Notes under the pieces: generated by a model
Databases searched by the model: none
Seen by the model: the letters and a program-made list of their open reading frames with translations, nothing else
What the model was told of the DNA's origin: nothing
Part shown: positions 25,169 through 37,602 of the stretch, piece after piece
Numbering within the stretch: the stretch's first letter is position 1
How the letters are laid out: each line of letters starts with the position of its first letter
Translations under genes and position numbers: made by a program
Source: Alloascoidea hylecoeti
Taxonomy: Eukaryota
Reading direction: 5' to 3'
Length of the DNA stretch: 64,000 nt
Assembly: GCA_001600815.1 (NCBI GenBank)
Contig: BCKZ01000011.1
Location: 62,001-126,000 of the forward strand

Positions 25169-27034
25169 TTACTCTACAGTTTCTTTATATCCAGGAGGAT
25201 ATACTGGTACTCCATCACGCCATTTGATATTTAGCTTATCGTCCTTATCAAGCCCAATATTTAATCCTTCATTGCTGACATTCAACCTTCTTGTAAATTC
25301 CAACTCATAAAATCTTGATAAGTAACACGATTGAAAATTCGGAACCAAAGCAGAAGTAAAGGAGGGAATCTTAATGTTTAAAACTTTTTCATAAATGGTT
25401 TTTTCTGTTTCCGGATCGTAATGGGATTTCCATTCATTCCAACCAATATCCTCTTTGTAACCAAGTTTACCATCGTCAAATCCAGTCAATATTAAGGGGT
25501 TTTCCGAATCAAATTTCGCATTACTACCAACAATATCCTCTATATCTGTAACTTACCTGATCTCATATGCTAGAGGGTATTTCCTTAAAATCTTATATAT
25601 GTTTAAAGATGATTTAGACATACCTATGATGGTATGAACTTGTAAGTATGGTTTCACTAATGTAATAAGTGGTGGGGTCTCTGGTACTCCATCTATTATT
25701 TTTGGAGTATAAAAAACGAACTTCAAAGGAAATGCTAAAAATTTCTTGGCATTGTTAATCATTCTCTTATAAGATTTATATGTTGAAGAAAGATCAAAAT
25801 ATCCCTCCGATATCGTTAATGGTGAAAATAGTACGAGGTGTAATCACTTTAATCGTTGATATGTCCATGGATTGATTCGAAGTCGAATAAATAATCGGTT
25901 TATCCGCCAACCATTTAAGTTGTTTATGAAAATATAACTGTCCTGTTTTAGAATCTATGGAATGAATAGTTTTAAATTTCATATGTTCATTTGAATTTCC
26001 ATAGATATTGGTAGCTGATACATATTTAGTTATATCGAGATATGACTGCAGTATGTAAGAAGGAGGTACAGGATATGAAGGGATGATTTCGAATGAATGA
26101 AATGCTTTTATTGATTCGGATGGTTCTGTGCGGCCTGCTAATAGATCAGAAACTGTAACATAATTCTCGAATCTAGCTTCAATATAATAATTATTGCTAA
26201 CCTTAACATGACGTGGTTTACATGGGCGGATAATATCCCATTTAAACTCATTAGATAAACTGTTAATCGCAGAGGTACGACACATATTAAATTGCGACCC
26301 TGTGTTGGAATTATTGATGTTAGTCACGAGATGATGGTTACTGTGCAATTTCTGCTGGAGATTCTTTGGTATAGGAATGGGAAAGTGATGCATTTGAGAA
26401 TCATAGATGTCAGATCTAAAATGGCCTTTGAAACTAGGAGGTAAACAGTTATGGAGCTGATTATCTAGACACGGTTCTGTTGGATATATATTACACTCTT
26501 AGAACAGTTCACTAAAGAGTCGATTGGCTTTTTGGCGCAACTGGGAGAACAGGCACTTTGAACTTTAACAGGTTCCAATAATTTCTCGGGAATAACAAAG
26601 CTAAAATTTATCGTATATGTCTTGCCAGCTAAAACAATATTACGTTTGCGACCGCTAGTTCCAGAATTCTCCTTTGGTGTTGTTTCATTATAATTTTCCA
26701 TTAAGCTAAAACAAATATCATATCCATTAGGAAATCCAAATGTTTCTAAGCAGTATTCGTATTTACTGATATCTCCTTTCATACATAGTGTAAAATCATC
26801 AAATAGAAATGAAGTTTTAGGAACTAGGGTAACTCACCCGTTAATAGTTTTATCTGGGATATAAAATATTCTTTCGTTTTTGAAAAAAATATTAAGCTCT
26901 GTGGCAGACGGTTTTCTCAATCTAAAGGCACTTCTTGGGCTTATTGTCTTAGTCCTACCATTGATAATACTTAAACCCTCAGTATATCAGGATGTACTTA
27001 TAGAACTGGGGTCAAAAGGCAATGACTTCTTCAT
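25169..27034 (-). pseudogene. Bul1-like alpha-arrestin (Rsp5 adaptor) pseudogene, copy 1
   Basis: It has an N-terminal FYIPDKTING*VTL..F.FDDF....G, C..N.LH..LPPSF, a C-terminal LVPNFQSCYLSRFYEL and PPxY motifs (PPSY, PPGY). Lesions are in-frame TGAs at 26989 and 26836, frameshifts and a 93-bp insertion. Confidence 0.7.
26478..26570 (-). mobile_element. 93-bp mini LTR-like element with 5-bp TSD GGTTC
   Basis: It reads TGTTAAAG...ATCCAACA on the minus strand, with GGTTC at 26473-26477 and 26571-26575. Removing it plus one TSD restores the frame KLLEPCLDNQLHNCLPPSF. Confidence 0.9.
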
Positions 27035-27197
27035 TAAGGAATTTAAAAAAAGGAGAATTAGTCCTGTTAGAATATTGTTTCGAGCGGAATAATATTAGTC
27101 CAAAACACAAAATTTTTTCTTCTCTCTAAGCAAAATATTTCGAAACCTTAATTTTAATCCTACTTGTTCCCTGCGTTTCAGTAGATTATATTTAAGA

Positions 27198-27410
27198 TGA
27201 GAGCAACTAAATAAGCTTAGAAACATTTTATTATTGCCACTTCTGGAAACTGAAACATTGAAAAATTGGATACTACATTGGTATGATTAGAATAGAAGCA
27301 ATTAAATGTAAAAAGAGAGCTCAAAGGTTTTCCACTTTTGGGAGAGGGCAATCAGTAAAAATTAATCTGACAATTATCGAATGTCAAAATAACCTATACT
27401 ATGTGCTTAG
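27198..27410. repeat. ~200-bp non-coding block shared with 57868-58072, upstream of Bul1-like copy 1
   Basis: Shared colinear segments are GAGCAACT, AGCTTAGAAACATTTT, TGCCACTT, AGAATAGAAG, AAAAGAGAGCTCAA, ATCAGT.AAAATTAATCTGA and AATAAC. Confidence 0.8.
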
Positions 27411-28803
27411 TGGGATACTCATTACTTAGTATAAGTTGTAGTAGGATTAAGCTTAAGGCTAGAGCAACCTTAAACTGGAAGGAAAATTAAGGTTTCATAT
27501 AGACTGCAAGGAGGCATTTCATAAAAAAGCGAAACCTCTATCGATACACCGTATATCAGGAATTGAATATATTTTATGTTACAATGAATTTTCAATATTC
27601 TGCAATTAACACATGTATATTCATTAATTAAGTAAAGCTAATAGTTTTTAATATTTAATATTTAATAATAGTAGGTGATGATATTGTAAAAATCAAAAAG
27701 ATTCCTGAATAATTTAAAGCAAATTATAAACTGTAAGAAATATTAAACTTTTATATACAGCTGCTGGTAAGGACCGAGTTATAAATTTATATGGATCTAA
27801 ACTTTAAGATATCAATGTGTCATTAAATATTATTATATATATATATTCAATTAAGAGTCCATCAGGATTATAATTGTGATGTCCCAAATTTACTTTTGGT
27901 TGCATAACTTATTATATATATATATATATATTTCATCACCTGTTATATTTATAAAATCAGTATTAATAATTGAAAATTTTTATTTTAAAGATTCATTTTC
28001 TTGTAATTAAATGCCATTAATATGATCTAACTCTTCTTTAAACTGTTTGAAGTTTGAAGATAATATATAACTTTATTTGACAAGATAACTGGATTATTAG
28101 TTATTTTGAATTGTAAGGATTATGATTTCTACTTAGGACGTAACCTTTAAATTTATCGCTGAAATCTTGCAATTGGGAACCCAGGAGGAAGAGAATCTTA
28201 AAAACTTGTTTTGACATTGAAGTTATAATGAAACCTATCGTCAAGACCAGGGAAACTATGTACGATCTGGTGGACTAGGGCTACCCCTTTCTTAATTTCA
28301 GTGTAAAACTCTTCACGAGAAACGTTATCGAGAACTTCAGATCCAGTAAGTTTTCCATGAAAACTCATATTTTGAAGCACAATGTTCGAAATATTTTTGA
28401 ATGCAGTGGCCAATATGTCGTTCTCAGGATTTTTTGTGAGTAGGAGCATAACATAAATAATCATCGTGTGCCGGTTCACCGACTCCGGCACCGAAACAAT
28501 GGAATGTCTACGGAGTAAGAAGGAGTACTTTATGCTTAGACTAACCTTTTTTCTTTCAAAACATTAGATCATATCAAGTATCATGTGAAAAATGAGTGGT
28601 ACACCTCAAGATTAACCAATAATCAGGAAAGGATGAGAATCAAAAGAAGAAGAAAAATATTTACATCTATTACTCAATACATTATCTTTATCCGAAACAA
28701 CTTTTATGATCGATTCAAAGTTTATAGAATCAATAATTAATGGAGTCTTTGAATAATTAAATTATTTACCTTTTCCGTACTATATTCGAGTTATAAAGCT
28801 GAA

Positions 28804-29184
28804 TTACAAGTGATGTGTTTCAATTGGACTTGGGGCAAGATGTTGTACGTCATTGAAAAGTCTGGTGATAGTCAAAGCTGTTTGGTATGCTTCTTTTGAG
28901 GTTTTCAAATCTGTTGATCCGAATGATTTTTCAAAAGTACTTTCAGCTTTTGATAAAGAAGCTAAATCATCTATAAAGTTTGTAGCTTTTGTTTTGTGAT
29001 GTAAAAAGGCATTTAGAGCCGCCTCTTCTGGTGTTTGACTTGAGCTATACAAGTTAGTGATATGTTTCAAAGTTTCATAGGCATCTTGTGAATGCCAATC
29101 GTTATTGATTAAGAAAACTATTAAAGCGGTTAAAAATTGTACCAATTAAGAACCACTTGGAGGATCTGTTGAGGTGTCTCCCAT
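28804..29184 (-). mobile_element. possible retrotransposon gag fragment
   Basis: DAYETLKHITNLYS resembles the A..W..L...Y pattern of copia gag. The ORF is disrupted upstream and the match is weak. Confidence 0.25.
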
Positions 29185-29369
29185 TTTGAGTTCTGTTTCA
29201 AAATAGAAGCTATAAAGCGGATAATTTTAAAAGGGGAATAAAAATAAGGAAATCGAATGACATTGTGGTTGTGTTTAATTTTATATGGTAGCTTCTGAAT
29301 ATGCATATAACGTTTAAACCAAAGTAATTTATTGACGACTACTCTTAAATCAGAGTGTCAAGCCAGCTT

Positions 29370-30833
29370 GATAATTTCTGTTTTTTATTAATTTATCTCG
29401 TGTAACTAATTTGTTGGGGTTGGTCTTTTATTATTTGAAATTTTAGATGGTGTTGAAACAGTTGTAATATTCATTGTAACTTCCAATTCAATATCATTTA
29501 TTAATTGAACTAACATCTATTGTCATATCCATATCATTTTTACTTTCACTTTCACTATCATTTCCAGTTTCATTTTCATTTTCATATTTAGAATCTTTAT
29601 TTGAATTTGTGATTGATACAAGAGCTATAGTAGCTTCTATCATATATTCTTCTTCATTTTCATTTACAATAGATTTTATATTACTTAATGGTTTAGTTAT
29701 ATCCATTTCTTCAGCATCCTTATTATCTTCATTATTGGAGTGATTGATAACTCCTCCAACTCTTGTAATATTCGTTTTCATATTATCATCATCTTCATCA
29801 TCAATATGTTTAATTCAGCCTCCAACTTTGGTAATATCCATGTACATATTACTTTCTCCCTCGTTATGATTTGAAACTTTATTAATGGATCCACCAATTC
29901 TAGTTACATCTATAGTAATATCATCATCATCATCTTCATCATCATCATCAAAAGATTGTTGCATAATATTATTTGTTGATTCATCTATATCACTATCTTC
30001 TAAAGCTTCAACACCACCATCATCACTTTCCAAAAATTCATTGACATTACTTGAAGTAGAAGTAAATAAAGGAGCATTTAAAGTGTTATTTTCGTTAGTT
30101 ATTGATAAACTTGCTTTAATTCCAATATCAATATGACCTCTAAGATTTAATCTCTTTTAGGATTTGAAACAGGATCCGGAATTGGTGTGTTATGAGAAGT
30201 TAAAGTATGAGAAAAAGATAAAGTTTTTCTTCTTGGTGTGTTTGCTTGTTCTTTTACGTGTTCTTGTAATTGAAAAGTATGTAAAGTGATTTCTGGAGCA
30301 AAACTAACTCTCCTATCAATCTTACCCCCACAATCAGTATTTGTAAAATTTCTCCATCTTCTTGTTTTGAAGGTAAAATGGGTATAATCCCAGCAGTACT
30401 ATGGTTTTTATCTCTTGTTGAAACATTACTTAAATATAATTTAAAAAAGAAAGGTGAACTAACCACAATAATAACCCTCCAGATACTTGTTTATACCAAA
30501 ATTCAATAGCCCCGTAACCTAAATAAGCAATACTCATTTTAACTCATATATTCAATACAGACTCAAGTTAGGTGTAATAGTCAATCAAAGATTTCTTCTT
30601 GATCTTTTTTGGAAAAAAAGGGTCTTTATTAAATGCCACAATTCCGGAACTTATTAGTGTTGGAGGCAACACTAGGACACTCTTATTAAAGGTTTTAAAA
30701 TACTCTTTATGGAACAGAAGAAAGATCTTGTACTTCTTCTTCTCATTGGTTTTCGTAATTTGGGAGGTGGAGCATTTGAAATCAATGAAAATAAATTTAG
30801 ACGAGCAGGCCTAGGCTTATTTTCCTTCTCATA
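29370..30833 (-). pseudogene. partial duplicated SPC105 pseudogene (N-terminal half)
   Basis: It is colinear with SPC105 (NLFSLISNAPPPK, VSFAPEITLHTFQLQEH, ESDDGGVEALEDSDIDEST, MDITKVGG, EMDITKPL). It carries stops, frameshifts, internal deletions and a solo-LTR insertion. Confidence 0.93.
30416..30679. mobile_element. 264-bp solo-LTR-like insertion with 4-bp TSD CTCT
   Basis: It reads TGTTG...GGACA, with CTCT at 30412-30415 and 30680-30683. Excision restores PLIRDKNHS, aligned with SPC105 PLLKDENHT. Confidence 0.82.
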
Positions 30834-31903
30834 ATTTTTAGTCAAACAAAGTAATCTATTGAGAACTTACTATAATTCTTCATTTGTTATATTTATTAGA
30901 TTAGTAGTAATAATTGAACGACATTATTATTATCTCTCTTGTTTAAACTGGAAAAATTTGTAAATAGTTAACTTTATTTGACAATATTACTGTAATGTTC
31001 TAAATTCTCGGGGGAAGGGTGATTATCACCAGTACTGTTTTGTTGTGAAGTTTGTCCAGCCTTCTTATCTAGATCCATTAGTGAAATCAAATGATCTTTT
31101 TTCATAATTATATGATATATTTATTACAGTTGTCTTTACTGGCAATAATGGTAAAGAAAAGGAGTTGGAGTGAAAAAAATCCTACCTTAATAATTTTTTT
31201 TGACCTTATCATCATGTTAGAGATTTGTTCGCATCAAAATTAGAGTTTCTCATCCGACACCATGATTCGAATGGGTTTCGTTTTGGTTTCGGATCTCTGG
31301 ATATTTCGATGGTTATATATTATAATAATAATAGCTGGGTTACTAGCAAGTTTAAGGTGTCTGTTTAACAAATTCTTCAATGATTCTATCATTGTTAAAT
31401 AAGAAATGATTATAAAAGAAAAGATATATCATTTAAATGTATCATTATTATTTGACTAGATTCCATTATAGGTTGGGATTATATTTGTGAAGCCAGAAAA
31501 AATAATTCAGAAATAGAGCAAGCTACCTAAAATATGTAGAGCACCATTTCAAGAAGTAGGTAGGCAAAGTGAGGATAACTTTGGGCAGATTGTATGTACC
31601 GGCAGAATGATACACGGCCCCAATTATTAAAGCCTAAAGGGCCTAAACACAATCAAGTAAAAACACTCTCTGTTATACGTTGTAGATATATAGGACTTCT
31701 CTTCCTCACATATAATACAGTCGTTGGAAAATTTATTCAATTGCAATTGTCATATTCCAAACTGTAAGTTCAAATTACAACTAGATAAAAAAAAGAATCT
31801 AAATATATTAATTTGCTATGTTATATTATAAGTTAAATACATAATTAATTAGTATACCGGTAATATTAATATTAATAGCACAAAACATTAATTAATTAAT
31901 TAA

Positions 31904-33523
31904 TTAATTAAATTGTTGTTGAACTTTTCTTGCTTGAAGTCTAACAGATGAAATATCAGATAAACCTTCAGAAGGTGAATTATTTTCAACTTGTAAACTT
32001 TCATTATTTGATTTCCAACCATCTTTCCACATTTTCATTAATATAATTTTAGTTTGTGGATTATTATTAATTTTTTTAAATTGTTTTGGAATTTTTTTAT
32101 TAATTGTTATTAAATTTGAATTCCCATTTGTACTTGAACTTGGACTTGAATTAATTAAATTATTATTTGTATTAATTTTATTATTGTTTATATTAATTGG
32201 AATTAATAACGAATTTCGATTATTACAACGATTTAATGATTCAAAAACTGGATTTTCATATCTTCTAACAGTTAAATATTCTCTTACTAATCTTTCATAT
32301 TCCATTTTTTGTGGTACATTAATTGCATATGATGATGATATACCATTACCATTTATAAAATTTGAAAGTTGTTGTTGTTGACTTATATCCATTATACTAT
32401 TTTCTCTTTGTAACCATAATCTTTGTTGAGTTCTTGTTATTGGTTGTGAAGTTACTTGTCTTGGATTTGTAATTTGTCTTGAGGACGATGAGGAATTATT
32501 ATTGTTGGATTTTTGAGCTTTTAATAAAGAGGTTGAATTTGAAAATGAATTCGAAAGTGAATTTGAATTTGAATTTGAATTTGAATTTGAATTTGAATTT
32601 GAATTTGAATTTGAATTTGAATTAGATATAGAAATTGAATTTAGAGATTGTGTTGAAGAATTTGATCCATTATCTTTAATATTTGAATTTATATGATTAA
32701 TATTTCCGATTGTTGGAATACTTTTTTTAGTACCTGTAATTCTTAATTCTTTTGGAATTTGTTTAACAATTCCTGATGATTGTGATAAAATAGTATCAGC
32801 GTTAGTAATATCATTACCATTAATATTTGTAGGATTTTTGTTTCCATCATTATTCGTGTTAATATTTTTTAAAGTATTGCTGATCGTCATATTTTTCATG
32901 GTTTCTTCAACATCATTAATATTTGAATTCATTGATAATTTTTTATTTATATTTAAATTTAATTCCTTATCTTTATTGTCATTATGATTATTACTATTAG
33001 TTATCGTAGTTGAATCACCATTTGTATCAGAAAAAGAATCTACTTCTTCTTCAGTATCACTATCATCATCTCTTTCTAATTCAATTATTGCTTTTCTTGT
33101 TCTTATACCACTAGTTAAACCATTCCCATTATGATTTAATTTTTTCTTCGGTTCAACAGATGTTGTACCATCTTTTGAATTAACTCTTTTTAATTTATCT
33201 TGTGATCCTTTTGATTTTGTTCTAATTAATGGTACTCTTGAAACTAAAGAAATAGTACTTTCTGAACTTTTATTCCTTTTCAATCCTCCTGTTGTTGTTT
33301 GACTCACATTATTATTGATTAAATTGTTATTTGTTGATAAAATACCATTTGAATCATTGTTAACAGCTGTTAAAGCAGTCATTTTTGGTAATTTATTAAG
33401 ATTTCTACCTGATAAATTCCTATGTGATTTCACACCAAATTGCTTTGATGCCGAACGACGGGTTCTTCCATTTAATGAAGTTGTGGATTTACCACGTGGT
33501 AATGTAGTTTTCTGATAAGACAT
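31904..33523 (-). CDS. TCO89: TORC1 subunit Tco89-like protein (539 aa)
   Basis: Conserved TRTQQRLWLQRE and EYERLVREYLTVRRYENPVFESLNR blocks sit in a low-complexity N/S-rich protein. Confidence 0.72.
   Translation of the reverse strand: MSYQKTTLPRGKSTTSLNGRTRRSASKQFGVKSHRNLSGRNLNKLPKMTALTAVNNDSNGILSTNNNLINNNVSQTTTGGLKRNKSSESTISLVSRVPLIRTKSKGSQDKLKRVNSKDGTTSVEPKKKLNHNGNGLTSGIRTRKAIIELERDDDSDTEEEVDSFSDTNGDSTTITNSNNHNDNKDKELNLNINKKLSMNSNINDVEETMKNMTISNTLKNINTNNDGNKNPTNINGNDITNADTILSQSSGIVKQIPKELRITGTKKSIPTIGNINHINSNIKDNGSNSSTQSLNSISISNSNSNSNSNSNSNSNSNSNSNSLSNSFSNSTSLLKAQKSNNNNSSSSSRQITNPRQVTSQPITRTQQRLWLQRENSIMDISQQQQLSNFINGNGISSSYAINVPQKMEYERLVREYLTVRRYENPVFESLNRCNNRNSLLIPININNNKINTNNNLINSSPSSSTNGNSNLITINKKIPKQFKKINNNPQTKIILMKMWKDGWKSNNESLQVENNSPSEGLSDISSVRLQARKVQQQFN
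32559..32623. repeat. coding hexanucleotide microsatellite (GAATTT)n encoding (SN)n
   Basis: About 10 perfect units, read directly. Confidence 0.9.
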
Positions 33524-34559
33524 TTGTATTGTAGGATTAAACTCTATATCATAATATTTATAAGATGGATATAAAAATAAATGGCGAATAAAGTAAAATA
33601 CGCTTTGTGTTATAAATGTTTGTTTGGTGATGAGGTTGAAAGATGGTGTTTAATTTTTTTTGCAATTGGGGCGGCGGCGTGGTAATTATAAGCTTATCGG
33701 TCGGACAAAAACATTTTTTCTTTTTTTCTTTTTTTTTTTTTGCACCTGCACTGATTATAATCTTAAACTTTGCATACTAGAAAAACATCATCATTAAAAT
33801 TAAAAAAACATTATCTTCAGGATTAAAAACTCACAATATTAATTATTTTAGGAATAAATCCAGATTCAAAAAGAATATTCTATCGTAGATTTTAATTACT
33901 TACTTTGTATTTATACACAATAATTTACAATAGAAGAATGGAATTTACACTGAAAATTTTATACCTACGTATACCAATACAAGCTTAACTATGACAAATT
34001 ATAATTATAAAGTAAATATGGAGAAGATTAACATAATAAATTATATAATACTATTCTATCGATTATTATCAATTACAACCAGTTTAAATATAGTTTTTTT
34101 TCACCTGGTAGCGATAATCTTAGGAAAAAGTTTGGAAATCGACGCGATAGTTAACATTAATAAACACCGATCTCCTCGAGCTCTAAAAACAATTAATTGG
34201 AAGTTACGCAAGTAAAACATCAGTACTATGGAGAAACATATTGGTGAATGGTGATCCGTTTATTGAAACTTATTCAATCATTCATGTAACTACAAATTTA
34301 AAGAATGCAGGTATAGCCAAAAGTTACACCACTCCAAATAAAAATGGCAATATTAGAACAAGTCAACAAGGCCTTAACGGTTCTTGAAATACATGTATTC
34401 CATAATGGTCCGTAAATTCTAGAAATTATATTAGCCTATATAAAATGACTTGTAACTTAACATCATAAACGGCCGCGGCTCTACATGTACAATGATATCC
34501 CGACCCATGAGATCCCAATATTTTGAAAGACACGTAAACATGATGGCCTTTTTCACTTC

Positions 34560-35040
34560 TACACCATGTGGAAGGCTCATAATCGTACCTTGTGATCACG
34601 ATATCGATCGATGCACCTGTTTGAGGGGATTCCATATGTGCTCAATTGGATTCAGTCCTGTGAATAAGGCGGCCAGTGGCCACGCCAATACCTGTATCTC
34701 CTTGTCACAAAAACAGCTCATCGAGATTCCAGCGTTATGGATAGGGGCGGTATAATCCTTCGTGAATATGGAACCTTCGGGAGTCTATACAAAGCTTCAA
34801 GACTTCTTCCAAAAGCAGTAACGTGACTCCTTTTTTTTCTGATACTATAAGACTTATAGACCCAGACTTCTTTCCAAAAAAATCATCATTATAAATATTT
34901 TGAGGTTCAATGGCCTAGACTGACTTTCCTCGGGTATATACTCTTCCGGACCTAACTGAATACAATCCATCTTCAGACAACTTCATTCCACTCCTTGGGT
35001 TCTTGTAACTTAGAAAAGAGCCTTAGCTTACGTGACAAAA
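34560..35040 (-). mobile_element. Tc1-type transposase catalytic-domain relic
   Basis: The minus strand reads EWNEVV.. (WxxVxWSDE region), IFTKDYTAPIH (QDNAPxH) and IQVLAW / WPPYSQD / LNPIEHIW..LK (WPxxSPDLNPIE). Confidence 0.8.
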
Positions 35041-35904
35041 TTGTTCCATATTTATATTTTTCAGAAGGTTTCTTAGGTGGTCTTTGATATACTATTTTTG
35101 ACCTACAGTAACATTAATGCACTATTGAATCTATAGCTAGAATTAATGATTCATCGCCTCTGTTTAAATAATACTCATTCGAAACTAACAATCACACACA
35201 CCTAATAATCTCAAACCTTCCAAGTTCACAATGTAGATGCTGTATAAATTTTAGTGGTTATTAGGAATAATGGAACCTTAATCTCAATGGAAAAGTTGAA
35301 TAATTGGAACTATGAATTGAATAAATATAATTTTCATAAACAGTTTAAAAAATCAGTCTTAATTCACTTATCGGATTTAAAGAGTTGAAAGTTCCTTACA
35401 TCTACCAAATAAGAAATATCGCTAATTTTTTGAAGTTTCATCAAATAGATCGTTGATCCAATCCTGAGAACAAAGGCTGTTTGGGTATTAGTCCAAGATG
35501 CTGGTTTTATCGGTTAAGATATTTCTAACAATAATAATGATTTATCTTCAATTGTAATATTTTATCAATTGGTTATATTTGGTCTATAAGATGAATATTT
35601 GATCGTTATTTTGTATCGATTGAAATTATAATATGATGAAAGATAATTTATTACAATATAATCCATCAATTATAGAAAATGGGCCAATAGTTATAAAAAA
35701 AACTCTAGATTCTTATGATGAAGATTTTGAATCTACTATTATTAGATGATTTGATTCACGTTTATTTGTTATTACATATCCCAATTAATACGAAATATCA
35801 ATATAAAAGTATACTTTAACTAATTATATAGCGTTTGTACATGCACAAGTAAGCGTTGCAGTATCAACTATAAGCTTCTTTTCTTTAAGCAAGCAATACG
35901 ATTA

Positions 35905-36180
35905 TAATTGCATCTCTTACAATATTGCACGGAGTACTACGAGACGCGTCTAGATTCATTACAAAGCATCTGGTACAGTAGAGTATGCAAAACTAAGAGG
36001 TAGGAATACTACAAAGTTACCATCGAGAGATCGTAGGGGTCTACTAAGAGAATTACAAAAAAATCCAACGGGAAAATCCAAAGAATTGGCTGCTAACCAA
36101 TTTCCGGTATGTCGAAATACAATTCTTAGAGAAGTAAAGAAACTAGACTTTACCAAGGAAAAGGCCCAATAAGCCAATTA
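35905..36180 (+). mobile_element. Tc1-type transposase N-terminal HTH relic
   Basis: SYNIARSTTRRV*IHYKASGTV...GR..KL.SRDRRGLLRELQKNP...KELA....VCRNTILRE matches the paired-like HTH plus GRPR linker of Tc1/Tc3. Confidence 0.72.
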
Positions 36181-37543
36181 CAAAGGGAAAAAAGGTAAAG
36201 GGGATAGTGACATGTGAAAGAAAGGTAAAAGGATATCTTCGTTGTTAGATGTAACAATAATATTTAAGTTGAAACCTAAAGCCTTTAGTGTTTAAAGTTA
36301 TGATCTTGGCTGAAAAGTATTTGTATATTGAATGGTGAAAAAGAAAAAAGGACTGGTCGCAACCAATCAACCCCTTTTATAGATTAGTATCAATGTGAAT
36401 ATATTTCTATTTATAAAAAATCTTAGGGTATACGAGTGAACTAAAGTAAAAGTGTAAGAGTATACATTATGAGTCTTTACTGTAAAATCAAAGCGAACTT
36501 TTTCAAAGATTGTGTTTTTTTTTCTCAATAGTATGTTCCAAGTGAAAGCCTGCAGCATATCCTCTTTGATGGATTCATTTAATTAAAAGATAAAGACTTA
36601 GAAGACCGTGACTGAAATAATGTGAACTTGGTAGGATAGGAGCTATTAGAAAGGCTGAAAACTAGACTTATCTTACTATATAAATTGTCTTAAATTGATA
36701 TAAAAGCCATGTTAAAAAAGATAAGAATGTATTTGCAAACATACCTTATTTTCACCATTTAATAAAATTGGTTACTTATATGCCACATCTGTTGGTATAT
36801 TATATATTTGGTAAACCATCAGCAACTATATGTAATTTATTTCTCCTGGATTTATAACAATAATCTTTCTCCTGAACACTGATATTTAGCCAACGTTACT
36901 GGAATGAAAGAAAGTTAAATAACCCATATGATAGATTAAATCAATTCAATAAAGTTGTTCATCATTTGGTTAGTTTACTAAAAATTCAGGCCTTAGTACT
37001 CCCTAGGGCTAGTATTAGACTGGTATATACACCTATAAGGAATACTTCTCTAATTTTAGAGCCATATGAAGAGTAGTAGCAAATGTCAAGTGGTATATTT
37101 ATTTCGGTGAACAGTAAAAATGAAACGAATGACTCTTAACTGAGCTATTGATGGACTGAACAAAAGAGTGCCTTTCTATAGCCATACAAATAATATGTTA
37201 CACTGATGTAAATAAAGCAATAATTAAATGTGGGCAAACACAAATAAATTTAAGCGTTGGCTTTCTATAACATATTTAATTCCTATCCTCACATTACTAG
37301 TTGGTAGTTACACTAATACATTGGATCACTAGCAAACATTCTTAAATCATATTAAATTATTGTAAATAAAATCGCCAAATATTTCCATATTTATCCGTTG
37401 GCCAAATTTAGTGAAATCACTAAACGACACTAACAATTATTACATAATTTCTATCGAACACTATAACAGGCTAATTAATTATCATTAACTCATTTATAGC
37501 TATTGTAGATTCTTTTATTTATGATTGTATTTTTGATAATAAT

Positions 37544-37594
37544 TGTTAAAGTTCAAAGTGCCTGTTCTCCCAGTTGCGCAATATATATCCAACA
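37544..37594 (+). mobile_element. 51-bp mini LTR-like element with 5-bp TSD ATAAT
   Basis: It comprises the first 35 bp and last 16 bp of the 93-bp element, with ATAAT at 37539-37543 and 37595-37599. It lies 8 bp past the AHP1 stop. Confidence 0.85.
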
Positions 37595-37602
37595 ATAATA
37601 TT

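Noticed and set aside
26834..26989. Two in-frame TGA codons in Bul1-like copy 1 as stop-codon reassignment or readthrough
   Set aside because: The same gene also has frameshifts and a TE insertion, and TGA terminates TAE1 normally; it is a pseudogene.
30960..31400. Degenerate coding-like minus-strand stretch
   Set aside because: Multiple stops in all frames and no recognisable motif.
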